From assembly GCA_963743175.1 (NCBI GenBank), contig CAVUOQ010000012.1, positions 257,323 to 321,322 on the forward strand: 64,000 bases of DNA, written 5' to 3'. Source of the DNA: an uncultured delta proteobacterium. Lineage in GTDB: Bacteria > Desulfobacterota > Syntrophia > Syntrophales > Fen-1087. Of this stretch, positions 18,899 to 29,610 are shown in pieces. The position numbers and the translations under genes were made by a program. The notes beneath the pieces were generated by a model that was given only the letters and a program-made list of their open reading frames with translations, was not told the DNA's origin and did not search any database. Numbering within the stretch: position 1 is the first letter of the stretch; every line of letters begins with the position of its first letter.

Positions 18899-19609
18899 TT
18901 GAGAGCTTCAGATATATGCAGTAAACTGCAGGTGCTTGGCGATAGAGAAAGAGCACGGGTAGCACAAAGATTCTTTAAAACAGCCCCTGGTGAATATGGT
19001 GAAGGGGATGTATTTGTCGGTCTCCGTGTTCCGGAGATAAGGAGATTGGCCAAACAGTACCAATCTCTCCCTTTTTCAGAGATAGCCAACTTGCTTCAGT
19101 CTTCCATCCATGAAGCAAGACTGCTGGCACTCCTCATTTTAGTTCGTGTGTATATGCAAGGAGACACTGCTCTTCAAGAGCCGATTTACAATCTGTACCT
19201 TCAGAATACCCGGTTTGTCAATAACTGGGACTTGGTAGATGCCTCGGCTGAACACATTGTAGGTTCTCATTTGAGATATCGCAGTAAATCTCCACTGGAT
19301 GCTTTAGCGCAATCTAAACTGCTTTGGGACCGAAGGATTTCGATTATGGCAACATTCCATTATATAAAGCATGGAGAATTTGCTGAGACATTGCATATTG
19401 CAAAACAATTGCTCCGAGATCCGGAGGATCTTATTCATAAAGCTGTTGGGTGGATGCTTCGGGAAATTGGTAAACGTGATCATCTTGCTGAAGAGGAGTT
19501 CCTGAAAACATACCACAAAACCATGCCACGGATTATGCTCCGGTATGCCATTGAGAAATTTCCAGAGAAATTGAGGCAGCGGTATTTGCGAGGAGAAGTT
19601 CCGTATTAA
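18899..19609 (+). CDS. DNA alkylation repair protein (AlkD-like HEAT repeat)
   Basis: RFFKTAPGEYGEGDVFVGLRVP, VNNWDLVD and HKAVGWMLREIGKRD. TTG start. Confidence 0.85.
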   Translation: MRASDICSKLQVLGDRERARVAQRFFKTAPGEYGEGDVFVGLRVPEIRRLAKQYQSLPFSEIANLLQSSIHEARLLALLILVRVYMQGDTALQEPIYNLYLQNTRFVNNWDLVDASAEHIVGSHLRYRSKSPLDALAQSKLLWDRRISIMATFHYIKHGEFAETLHIAKQLLRDPEDLIHKAVGWMLREIGKRDHLAEEEFLKTYHKTMPRIMLRYAIEKFPEKLRQRYLRGEVPY

Positions 19610-19725
19610 CAAAGTTCTTCCGAGAAGCCAGTCAGGAGGAGAAAAAGGATATCTTCTTCAATATGCAAGCACTCGGTCGTTAATCAATAAGTGTTTTTTA
19701 TCGAAGACCCTTAAGGAGTAATAAC

Positions 19726-20568
19726 ATGGCCATTCGTCGCAGTTTATTGCTGATAGTGTCGTTAGTATGTTTTTTAATTCCTAAAATTGCCATATGCGCA
19801 GAAAAGCCTCTCTGGGAATTAGGGGTGGGGTTAGGCTTTCTCCAAATGCCCGATTATCGCGGCTCTGATAAGATCCGATCTTATTTTCTTCCTTATCCTT
19901 ATGTTGTTTATCGCGGTGGTATTCTAAAAGTAGAAGAGCAGCGTATTTCCGGGCGGATTTTTAAAACGGAAAGGGTTACATTAGATTTTAGCGGCTACGG
20001 TGCTGTCCCGGTAAAGAGTTCCGATAACTCCGCCCGTGCCGGCATGCCTGATTTGGATCCAACCTTTGAATTAGGTCCAGCCCTAATGATAAAGATTATG
20101 GAAAACAAAGAACAAAAATATAAGTTAAGCATGGCTTTGCCTGTGCGTGCTTTTTTTTCCACGGATTTTTCTTCTGTGCGTGGAGAAGGGTGGGTGTTCA
20201 GTCCACGAATCAATTTTGAAAAGAACGATGTAATCCCTCAAACGGGTTTAAATTTAGGAATCTCAGCGGGACCGATGTTTGCCGACAGCGGCTATCATGC
20301 TTATTTTTATACTGTCAATCCGGTTTATGCGACTGCTACACGTCCTGCATATTCCGCAGATGGCGGCTATAGCGGTTCGACACTGACAATAGGTTTAAGT
20401 AAAAAATATAAGCAATTTATTTTCAGTACCTTCGTTAGTGCTGATTTTCTTCAAGGTGCTGCATTTGCAGATAGCCCACTTGTGAAAACCAATACTTCCA
20501 TAATGAGCGGCTTCAGTGTTACATGGGTCTTTCTTAAATCAACAAAGAATGTAACTTACGATGAATAG
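19726..20568 (+). CDS. MipA/OmpV family outer-membrane protein
   Basis: Signal peptide, then LWELGVGLGFLQMPDYRGSD..YFLPYPYVVYRG. Confidence 0.85.
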   Translation: MAIRRSLLLIVSLVCFLIPKIAICAEKPLWELGVGLGFLQMPDYRGSDKIRSYFLPYPYVVYRGGILKVEEQRISGRIFKTERVTLDFSGYGAVPVKSSDNSARAGMPDLDPTFELGPALMIKIMENKEQKYKLSMALPVRAFFSTDFSSVRGEGWVFSPRINFEKNDVIPQTGLNLGISAGPMFADSGYHAYFYTVNPVYATATRPAYSADGGYSGSTLTIGLSKKYKQFIFSTFVSADFLQGAAFADSPLVKTNTSIMSGFSVTWVFLKSTKNVTYDE

Positions 20569-21154
20569 AAGTTTCTCCTTTCTTTTTGGGTTGGTGCTTG
20601 TCTTTTTCCTGATCGCTCCTGTTGAGCCCCATCAGGCACAAGTGATTTTTTCCATGGAGGCCGGGAAATGTTCACTCACTGTTGAGTCAGACAATCAGTC
20701 GCATACATTGAGGCTGCGCGTTCACCCCGAATACAATGACTGTCATATCAGTAAAGACGCGATGTTATCGGCCCTGAAAACGGCATTTTCAAAGACCGAT
20801 CCGCCGAAACCGGAAGGGAGTTATTCGTCATTATACATCGGCAGGCTCATTGACTACCCGTGGTTGTCGCAATACCTCGCCACTGCCGCATACAGAGATA
20901 CGCGGTGGAACAAGAAGAGAGGGAGGCCCATAGCCCTGGATATAAATAAGTATGTTGCGAATATCCTCTCCAGAAAAGAGATAACCGCGCAGATAGAAGA
21001 GGCTTTAGCGGCGAGCGGTTACCGAGTAATTTCCACCACCGTCGAGAAAGTTCTTACAGGGGATTTTCGCTCTGTGCCCCTGTATCAGGGAGAAATGCCC
21101 CCCGGAAAGGTGCCCTATGATGCACAGGTCTGGTTCAGGCTTGAAAAAAATTAA
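20561..21154 (+). CDS. hypothetical secreted protein
   Basis: Signal-like N-terminus. Overlaps the MipA stop by 8 nt, suggesting translational coupling. No family recognised. Confidence 0.6.
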   Translation: MNRSFSFLFGLVLVFFLIAPVEPHQAQVIFSMEAGKCSLTVESDNQSHTLRLRVHPEYNDCHISKDAMLSALKTAFSKTDPPKPEGSYSSLYIGRLIDYPWLSQYLATAAYRDTRWNKKRGRPIALDINKYVANILSRKEITAQIEEALAASGYRVISTTVEKVLTGDFRSVPLYQGEMPPGKVPYDAQVWFRLEKN

Positions 21155-21272
21155 AGTGGCCAGTCAGAGAATCCGTTTCAGCTGTGCTTCTTGCTTATTA
21201 TTCATGGAAACAACTTAGAAAGGGGAGTATAAGGGTCATAACAAATTTGCCGAAGCAATCAGGAGGTGAAAT

Positions 21273-21752
21273 ATGAAGAAAGTTGCCTGCGCGATGCTTA
21301 TTCTCACAATGGCCATCTTTCTTATAAGCCCATTGTCCAGTGAAGCAAGGGGGGGCCATGGAGGCGGTCATCGTGGTTGGTGGGTGCCCTGGGCGGTAAT
21401 AGGAGGTGCAGCAGTTCTGGCGGCACCTTATTATTATGCGCCATATTACGGACCTCCAACGATGATCATCCGTGAACAGCCTCCGGAGTATTTTCAACCG
21501 GCACCATCTGTAACGCCACCATCGACCGAAAGAATCTTTGTCTATCCCCGACAAGGCCAGAGTGAAGAGCTACAGGCGAAGGATCGTTACGAATGCCACA
21601 ATTGGGCTGTGAGTCAGACATGGCGAGAGCCCCGGAAAGTCAGTATAGAGGAATGGACCTTGATTATCAGATCCATGCCGGAAGCCCAACGTGCAGACTA
21701 TCTGCGTGCACAGAGTGCCTGTCTTGATGGTCGCGGGTACACCGTGAAGTAG
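21273..21752 (+). CDS. hypothetical secreted Gly/Tyr-rich protein with C-terminal ..DRYECHNWAV..ACLDGRGYTVK motif
   Basis: Signal peptide and RBS AGGAGG. The C-terminal motif resembles small periplasmic glycine-zipper-type proteins. Confidence 0.6.
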   Translation: MKKVACAMLILTMAIFLISPLSSEARGGHGGGHRGWWVPWAVIGGAAVLAAPYYYAPYYGPPTMIIREQPPEYFQPAPSVTPPSTERIFVYPRQGQSEELQAKDRYECHNWAVSQTWREPRKVSIEEWTLIIRSMPEAQRADYLRAQSACLDGRGYTVK

Positions 21753-21848
21753 CCACCCTTGCTGCCTTAAGCTGGCTTCACCCGGCAGGATATAACAGCT
21801 ATTTGATGAGTCAATCAGGTTTGAAGGAAACCCGCAAGGAGGAAGTCC

Positions 21849-22139
21849 ATGTACACGGTGATCGCCACGCTCAAGGTTAAAGAGGGAAAAATGGATGAGG
21901 CCATCCAGATATTGAAAGAAGATATTCCGAAATTGATGAAGAACGAACCGGGGTGCCTGGCATATATCCCCCACACGGTGAAGGGCGAGGGGAACAGCAC
22001 AACAATAATGATATACGAGAAATACGCCGACAAGGATGCGCTGAAGTTGCATTCGGCGAACCTGATGACCTCCATGGGCAGGCTCTTTGCACTCCTCGAT
22101 CCGCAAATGGACATCAAGACCTGCACGGAAATCCTCTGA
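21849..22139 (+). CDS. antibiotic-biosynthesis-monooxygenase (ABM) domain protein
   Basis: 96 aa. MYTVIATLKVKEGKMDEA...IMIYEKYADKDALKLH. Confidence 0.8.
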   Translation: MYTVIATLKVKEGKMDEAIQILKEDIPKLMKNEPGCLAYIPHTVKGEGNSTTIMIYEKYADKDALKLHSANLMTSMGRLFALLDPQMDIKTCTEIL

Positions 22140-22270
22140 TGCGAATGGGTCAGGAAAATCATCCCGCGGAGGCTCCTTTCAAAAATCTTGAATCAGCGCT
22201 CAAGGCAGCAAAGCCGGGTGATAAAATTCTTGTGGCCCAAGGCAACTACTTCGGCCTGATTGTTCTTTAG
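22139..22270 (+). pseudogene. 43-codon remnant resembling the N-terminus of a right-handed beta-helix (DUF1565-like) protein
   Basis: ..APFKNLESALKAAKPGDKILVAQGNYFG.. then a stop. The ATG overlaps the ABM stop. Confidence 0.35.
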
Positions 22271-22281
22271 ATGGAATTCTG

Positions 22282-23733
22282 ATGATCGACAACCTTCTGA
22301 CAGTTTTTAACAACCTCCGGATTCAGGACATCTTTGATATCCTGATCATCTGGATCATGACATCGGTGGTACTGATCTGGTTCAAGGAGCGGGCGTCCCG
22401 CTTTGTCTTCATTGGAATCGGCCTGCTGGGAGTTGTCTATCTGACGGCCCGCTTCTTCCAGCTTTACCTGACAACGGTCGTCCTGCAGGGCTTCTTTGCC
22501 ATCCTGCTGTTCGTTTTGGTCGTTATTTTCCAGGAAGACCTCCGGCGGTTTTTTGAACAACTGGCCATGTGGGGCCGCCTCCGGCAGAAATTCTTCGACA
22601 AGCAGCCTGTTCATCAGGCCGCCGAAACGATCGCCCAGGCCGTTTCCAATCTGGTCCGGAAACACATCGGCGCCCTGATCGTTGTCACAGGAGAAGATCC
22701 CCTCGACCGTCATCTCAACGGCGGCACTCTGTTGAACGGCGCCCTGAGCCAGCCCCTGCTGGAGAGCATTTTTGATCCTCATTCCACCGGACATGACGGC
22801 GCCGTCGTGATCGAAGGCGACCGGGTGCTGCAGTTCGGCTGTCACCTGCCGCTGTCCATAAACGCCGGCCGCTTTGGCCCGCTGGGTCTCCGGCATACGG
22901 CGGCACTGGGCCTGTCGGAACGCTGCGACGCCCTGTGCATCGTGGTCTCCGAGGAAAGGGGAACGATCAGTCTTGCCAAGGGGGAGCATATTCGCGAGCT
23001 CGTCAATGCCGCCCATCTGCGGGTCGAACTCGAATCCTTTTACGCCCAGCAGGCGCCAAAACGGGAAACCAGACCGGTCGTCCACTGGCTCAGGGAAAAT
23101 TCCCGGGAAAAGATCATCGCCCTTCTGCTGTCCTGTATCCTCTGGGTTGCTTTCGGTTATCAGAAGGACTCCGTACGGCGGGATTTCACCGTTCCCGTGG
23201 AATACCTGAACGTCTCACCGGACTGGGTGATCGAAAAACCGAAAATCATCGGTGTCAAGATCATGCTCATGGGCCCGCCGCAGGCCTTTCAGCTGCTCAA
23301 TCCGGATACGCTGAAGGTCTCTGTCGATCTGTCCCAGGTCCGGGAAGGGTCGCACGAAATCGCTCTGTCGAAGGATATGGTCAAAAAGCCCAACAGCCTG
23401 ACCGTGGTGGAGATCAGTCCCGCACAAATCGGGATGACTGCATCCCGGCTGATCCAGGCATCCCTGCCCATCCAGGTGATCACGGAGGGCCGCCCGCCGG
23501 CCGGCCTGTCTGTGCAGAAAATCAGCGCGGCGCCCCCTGACGTCAGGGTTTTGATTCCAGGTAAATTAAATCAGAACGGTATCCGGATCAGAACGGAGCC
23601 GATTGATCTGGGGAAGGTGACTTCCACCACCACGCAGGAAGTCAGGCTGATTTTCCCTTCGCACGTCCAATTCGCAGGGGGGAGGCCGCCCGTCATCAAG
23701 GTCACGATCAAGCTCAAAAAAGAGAAACATTAA
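22282..23733 (+). CDS. cdaA: diadenylate cyclase CdaA fused to a YbbR/CdaR-like domain
   Basis: Three N-terminal TM helices and a DAC domain (HDGAVVIEGD, GLRHTAALGLSE). An additional TM (IIALLLSCILWVAF) and YbbR-like repeats follow in the same 483-aa ORF. Confidence 0.85.
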   Translation: MIDNLLTVFNNLRIQDIFDILIIWIMTSVVLIWFKERASRFVFIGIGLLGVVYLTARFFQLYLTTVVLQGFFAILLFVLVVIFQEDLRRFFEQLAMWGRLRQKFFDKQPVHQAAETIAQAVSNLVRKHIGALIVVTGEDPLDRHLNGGTLLNGALSQPLLESIFDPHSTGHDGAVVIEGDRVLQFGCHLPLSINAGRFGPLGLRHTAALGLSERCDALCIVVSEERGTISLAKGEHIRELVNAAHLRVELESFYAQQAPKRETRPVVHWLRENSREKIIALLLSCILWVAFGYQKDSVRRDFTVPVEYLNVSPDWVIEKPKIIGVKIMLMGPPQAFQLLNPDTLKVSVDLSQVREGSHEIALSKDMVKKPNSLTVVEISPAQIGMTASRLIQASLPIQVITEGRPPAGLSVQKISAAPPDVRVLIPGKLNQNGIRIRTEPIDLGKVTSTTTQEVRLIFPSHVQFAGGRPPVIKVTIKLKKEKH

Positions 23734-23766
23734 GAACCTGAAGGAAGAGGCAAAGGATAGAGGAAT

Positions 23767-24843
23767 ATGCCCAGACGGACAAAATCCAGATCAAAAAAGG
23801 CGGGTTTGCTGCCGGGATCCCTGGTCCATATCGGCGAAAAATTGAGTGACACCTCGAAGGTCACGCTGATCGATTATGACGGGGATCACCATCTTGAAAA
23901 AAACATTGATCAGATTGAAGAGCTGCGCGCTTTCAAGGACCTGCAGACGGTTTCCTGGGTGCATATCGAAGGCATTCACGATACCCGCGTCCTGGAACAG
24001 CTGGGCGATGTATTCGGGCTTCACCCCCTCATCATGGAGGATATCCTGAACACGGATCAGCGCCCCAAAATTCAGGACATGGGCGACTATATGTTCATCG
24101 TCCTCAAACGATTCTGCAATACCTGCGATGAACACAGCGATATCTCGGCGGAGCAGATCAGCGTCGTCCTGGGACCTAATTATGTGATCTCCTTTCAGGA
24201 ACGGGCAGACACCCTGCTCGATCCGATACGCGAGCACATCAAGACATCCAAGGGACGGATCCGCAAAGCCGGCGCCGATTATCTGGCTTATTCCATCGTC
24301 GATATGGTTCTCGATTCCTATTTCGGCATTCTCGAAACGCTGGGCGACAAAATCGAGATTGAGGAGGAGGCCCTGGTAAATAACCCCAAGCCGGCCACAT
24401 TACGGGTTATCCAGCATCTGAAGCGGGACATGATCTTTCTGAGGAAATCGATCTGGCCGTTGCGGGAGACCATCAGCGCTCTCGAGCGCAGTGAATCACC
24501 GTTGATTCAGGACACAACGAGCGTCTACCTGAAGGACATCTACGACCATGCCATCCAGGTCATCGACACCGTGGAAACCTACCGGGAGATACTCTCCGGC
24601 ATGATTGATATTTACCTGTCCAGCATCAGCAACCGGATGAACCAGGTCATGAAGGTGCTCACCATCATCGCCACGATTTTCATGCCCATGACCTTCCTGG
24701 CGGGCGTCTACGGGATGAACTTCAAGCATCTCCCGGAGCTTGAATGGCACTGGGGTTATCTGTTCTTCTGGATGATTAACCTGACCATCGCCGTAGTCAT
24801 GTTGATTCTTCTTCAAACGAAAAAAATGGCTCTGATCCTTTGA
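23767..24843 (+). CDS. corA: magnesium/cobalt transporter CorA
   Basis: C-terminal two TM helices with GVYGMNF. Confidence 0.9.
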   Translation: MPRRTKSRSKKAGLLPGSLVHIGEKLSDTSKVTLIDYDGDHHLEKNIDQIEELRAFKDLQTVSWVHIEGIHDTRVLEQLGDVFGLHPLIMEDILNTDQRPKIQDMGDYMFIVLKRFCNTCDEHSDISAEQISVVLGPNYVISFQERADTLLDPIREHIKTSKGRIRKAGADYLAYSIVDMVLDSYFGILETLGDKIEIEEEALVNNPKPATLRVIQHLKRDMIFLRKSIWPLRETISALERSESPLIQDTTSVYLKDIYDHAIQVIDTVETYREILSGMIDIYLSSISNRMNQVMKVLTIIATIFMPMTFLAGVYGMNFKHLPELEWHWGYLFFWMINLTIAVVMLILLQTKKMALIL

Positions 24844-24947
24844 CGAGCCGGCGATCATGATTATTTTGCTTTATAAATGATACGAATTCCGATAAGGGAA
24901 CTGCTGTTGAACGCGACAAGAAACCATATAGACGAAGGAGGCTTGAC

Positions 24948-25430
24948 ATGAGTGTTTTTACAGCCAGCGACATTGTTGAATTTGCCATCAGAATTGAAGA
25001 GAACGGGGCCAATTTTTACCGGTTTGCCGTGCAGATCGCCAAGGATGAAGGCACGAAAACCCTTTTTGACCAGTTAGCGAACGCCGAACTCCACCACAAG
25101 AAGACTTTCGAAAAAATCTTTGCGGCGATGGATAAGGACGCCCCGCCCGAGAGTTACACCGGAGAATACGCCGCCTATCTGCATAATTACGTCGATAACG
25201 CCATCATCTTCAAAAAAGAGACGCTGGACCAGGAACTGACGAAAGTCAAGGATTCGGCCTCAGCGCTGGATTTCGCCCTTCAGCGCGAGATGGATTCTAT
25301 TTTGTACTATCACGAAATCAAGGGACTCGTCCCCGCCCATGAACATGCCACGGTCGATAAAATCATCGAAGAAGAACGCAGGCATGTAGCCATGCTCTCG
25401 GCCATGAAACAGAAGCAATACGGCTGCTGA
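24948..25430 (+). CDS. ferritin-like (rubrerythrin-type four-helix bundle) protein
   Basis: IEENGANFY, AELHHKK, REMDSILYYHE and EERRH metal-ligand-like pairs. Confidence 0.8.
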   Translation: MSVFTASDIVEFAIRIEENGANFYRFAVQIAKDEGTKTLFDQLANAELHHKKTFEKIFAAMDKDAPPESYTGEYAAYLHNYVDNAIIFKKETLDQELTKVKDSASALDFALQREMDSILYYHEIKGLVPAHEHATVDKIIEEERRHVAMLSAMKQKQYGC

Positions 25431-25461
25431 CGACAATGGAGTTAAAAAAATAGTTTGACCG

Positions 25462-26826
<1,365 letters not shown>

Positions 26827-26875
26827 GCCTGATCCTTTCCTTTCAACCCTTCCCGCTTTGACTCTCTCTCGCCTC

Positions 26876-28759
26876 TTACCCTCTTTCCGCCGGCAGAACG
26901 ATTTCAAAGGTCGTCCCCGACCCCTGATCGCTGAAGACAAGGATTTCGCCGCTGTGTCCTCGGATGATCTCATGCGCAAGCGAAAGTCCCAGGCCCAGGC
27001 CCTTTTCCTTCGTCGTATATTCGGGGCTGAAGATGCGCTCCACTTCCTCGGCGGTCATGCCGCATCCCGTATCGGCGATCTTGACGCTGATTTTCTCTCT
27101 GGACTTCCTTTCCACGGCAATATCGATCGCCCCCCCGCTATCGATCGATTCCATTGCATTTTTTATGATATTCAGCAGCGCCTGCTGGAGCTTGTCCATA
27201 TCCATCGGCACGACGGTCCCGTCACTTCCCCAATGAGTGCGGATTTGAATGCCCTTGGCGGCGGCCTCTTCCCGGAGCAGGTTTACGATTTTCTGCAGCA
27301 CCTCGGTCACCGGGTAATCGTGAAACTCCAGCCGCCGGCTCTTCGAAAACGTCAGAAACTCCTCTATGATCCCGTTCAAACGCCGGATTTCGTCCCGAAT
27401 GACGCCTGCCAGCGATTGAAATTCTTTCGCCTTGGTTTCATCGGCCGGCAGAAATTCACGCTTCAGCCTCTGACTGGCCATGCTGACGGCGTTGAGCGGG
27501 TTGCGGATTTCATGGGCCACCCCGGCGGCAAGCTGGCCCAACACAGACAGACGCTCCGCCTTGTCCAGTTGTCTTTCCATCTCCACAATGCCCGCCAGAT
27601 GCCGGTTCTGATTATGGAACAACAGCCACATGGCCAACAGGGCAATCAGGACGATCAGTATGGAAAAAATGTACATATTTCTCCGGTTTTCTTCAAGAAT
27701 TCGGTCCATGCTCTCCCGCTCCAGGCCGATCCGGACAATGCCGGCAATTTTGTCATTCATGACAAAGGGCGCCGCCATGTCGAGCAGGCTCCTGCCTGAG
27801 TGGACGACCTTTCGGCTTTCAATCTTCCGTTTGCCGGCCCAGATTTCCGACAGCGGCATATCTCCTGCCCGCCATTTCTCCGGTACGCTTCCCGTAGCGC
27901 CGAGGATCGCACCCTGTTCATCCGTAATAACGACATACGCGAACCCCTGGCTCTGACCTTCCCCTAACTTTTCAAGGGCCTTTTCAATAGATACCTTGGT
28001 TCCCCAGTACTTCAGTTGTTCTCGATCCAGGGCAATCAGGATTGTGCCGCTGCCATCCCTGCGCTTGAGTCCGATATAACCAATGCTCAAGCGGTCAAGG
28101 GTCTCAACCAGTGTCAAGGGAATGTCCTGACGGCCGACACCCGAACTGCTTCTGACCTCGGAAGCGGACAGCACCGCTTGCCGGTAAAAATCAAGCTGCG
28201 TGACGAGTTGGGTGAAAAGACCGATGCCGATGTCTTTTTCCGTTTCTTTGATTTTAACGGCCGATCGCTGTACGGTTTGCCTGGCCGGCAGCGACCGGCT
28301 CTGGTAAACGACCCCCCCCTTGGCATTTAGAACGGCCACCATCCATAATCCTTTGTCAACGGCGAATTTCTGCAGGTATTCATCGCTGATCCGATTGGCC
28401 TTCCAGGCTTCATCGATTTCCAGCCCCAGATCGGCAAGTGCGATTGTCAGCATTTTCTGGGGTGAAAAGGCGGCATCCTTGAGAGGAACGTAGGACCTCT
28501 CCCGATCCCGCTGAAAGGCCTGAACCAGATTGTTCAGGTTATCCTGAGACAGTCGTTGAACAACGCCGACAATGCTCATGGCCTGATTCTGCATGAATCC
28601 CACAAGAATCCGGTTGCTGCGCTGGAGATCCATGACTCCCATGATCAGGATCAGGGCAATGAATACGGCGCAGACGATCGCGACGGCAATCGGCTGGAGG
28701 AAAAACCGGTCTTCCGGCCGGGAGTGGTACTGCCAGATCTTTTTCTTGTACGGACTCAT
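26876..28759 (-). CDS. sensor histidine kinase
   Basis: Two TM segments flank a large extracytoplasmic region. H-box VAHEIRNPLNAV. HATPase_c motifs DTGCGM and GLGLSLAHEII. Confidence 0.9.
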   Translation of the reverse strand: MSPYKKKIWQYHSRPEDRFFLQPIAVAIVCAVFIALILIMGVMDLQRSNRILVGFMQNQAMSIVGVVQRLSQDNLNNLVQAFQRDRERSYVPLKDAAFSPQKMLTIALADLGLEIDEAWKANRISDEYLQKFAVDKGLWMVAVLNAKGGVVYQSRSLPARQTVQRSAVKIKETEKDIGIGLFTQLVTQLDFYRQAVLSASEVRSSSGVGRQDIPLTLVETLDRLSIGYIGLKRRDGSGTILIALDREQLKYWGTKVSIEKALEKLGEGQSQGFAYVVITDEQGAILGATGSVPEKWRAGDMPLSEIWAGKRKIESRKVVHSGRSLLDMAAPFVMNDKIAGIVRIGLERESMDRILEENRRNMYIFSILIVLIALLAMWLLFHNQNRHLAGIVEMERQLDKAERLSVLGQLAAGVAHEIRNPLNAVSMASQRLKREFLPADETKAKEFQSLAGVIRDEIRRLNGIIEEFLTFSKSRRLEFHDYPVTEVLQKIVNLLREEAAAKGIQIRTHWGSDGTVVPMDMDKLQQALLNIIKNAMESIDSGGAIDIAVERKSREKISVKIADTGCGMTAEEVERIFSPEYTTKEKGLGLGLSLAHEIIRGHSGEILVFSDQGSGTTFEIVLPAERG

Positions 28760-28874
28760 AAAACCCTCAGAATATGATAAAAAGCAAGGTCAGCATGATA
28801 GGTCATAATGGTAAAAAGTCAATGAATTCTTGATCTGCTTCACCACCCGTTTCATGAAGCGTGATGCGTATCTC

Positions 28875-29043
28875 GAGACCTTTGAAAAATGGACAACGCC
28901 CGCGTCTTAAAAATATTTTCTGCTAAGAAGACGACCAGGCGTAATCATGATTCATGACAAGCCGTTAACGTAATCGCTGGAAAGGCGGAAAACATTTGAT
29001 TCGCCGCTTGCGAACCATTTTTCAGCGATTATGCAAAGCTCTC
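28875..29043 (-). repeat. long-hairpin intergenic repeat, family 1, copy B (inverted)
   Basis: Reverse complement of the copy at 36482-36648 with a few mismatches. Confidence 0.8.
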
Positions 29044-29163
29044 ATCTTGTACATCGACAATTCTGTCGATTCGAGAACCATTCCTGTCTATCAAGTAACA
29101 AATCGTTATTATTTGATTATTTTTTTATTCCTCCCTGACGGTCCGACAATCTTTGCCTGATTC

Positions 29164-29186
29164 GCATCCTGGACCTGATAGGATGC
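29164..29186 (+). promoter_or_regulatory. perfect inverted repeat GCATCCT-N9-AGGATGC, candidate enhancer (UAS) site
   Basis: Lies about 60 nt upstream of the -24/-12 element, with an AT-rich tract between them. Confidence 0.35.
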
Positions 29187-29247
29187 TCTAAGCGAAAATA
29201 CACAATATCTCTTTGATAACAGAAACTTATAAATCATTATCCGTCAG

Positions 29248-29263
29248 TGGCACAGGATGTGCA
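29248..29263 (+). promoter_or_regulatory. candidate sigma-54 (-24/-12) promoter TGGCAC-AGGAT-GTGCA
   Basis: GG (29249-50) and GC (29261-62) are 12 nt apart, close to the consensus TGGCAC-N5-TTGCA. An adjacent gene encodes a GAFTGA activator. Confidence 0.5.
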
Positions 29264-29273
29264 GATAAAGTTG

Positions 29274-29400
29274 TACAGAAAATGTCCTGCCGGTTAAGCA
29301 AACGGGCATGTTTATTCGGCAGTCGAATCCAAAGCTTCAGAAGGCGAAAAGCCTTCATCACTCCTGAATCAGGGGGAGGTCAACGACCTCCCTTTTTTTT
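29274..29400 (+). ncRNA. candidate sigma-54-dependent small RNA (about 125 nt)
   Basis: Bounded by the -24/-12 element and an intrinsic terminator. Internal hairpin GAAGGC-GAAAA-GCCTTC (29340-29356). No RBS-preceded ORF ends before the terminator. Confidence 0.4.
29372..29400 (+). terminator. Rho-independent terminator
   Basis: GGGAGGTC-AAC-GACCTCCC followed by T8. Confidence 0.65.
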
Positions 29401-29441
29401 GTTGAAAAGGCGCTCATCCGCCCTGTCCGCATCATTATATC

Positions 29442-29607
29442 GAGAGATTTACATCACCGGTGAAAAATGGTTCGCAAGCGGTGAATCAAAGATTTTTCGA
29501 CTTCCCAGAAATTAGATTAATTTATTGATTTCAATCATATTTATGCATTATCATCTCTTAAGCGAAAAAGATGTTGAGCCGCGGCGAAGCCGTTTTTCAA
29601 AGGGTTC
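29442..29607 (+). repeat. long-hairpin intergenic repeat, family 1, copy C (most diverged)
   Basis: ..GGTGAAAAATGGTTCGCAAGCGGTGAATCAAAGATTTTTCGA...AGCGAAAAAGATGTTGAGCCGCGGCGAAGCCGTTTTTCAAAGGGTTC. Confidence 0.75.
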
Positions 29608-29610
29608 ATA

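Noticed and set aside
29213-29515. 100-codon ORF in the kinase-rarA intergenic region
   Set aside because: It has no RBS, runs through a strong intrinsic terminator and ends inside a family-1 repeat. The interval is better explained as noncoding (candidate sRNA plus repeat).
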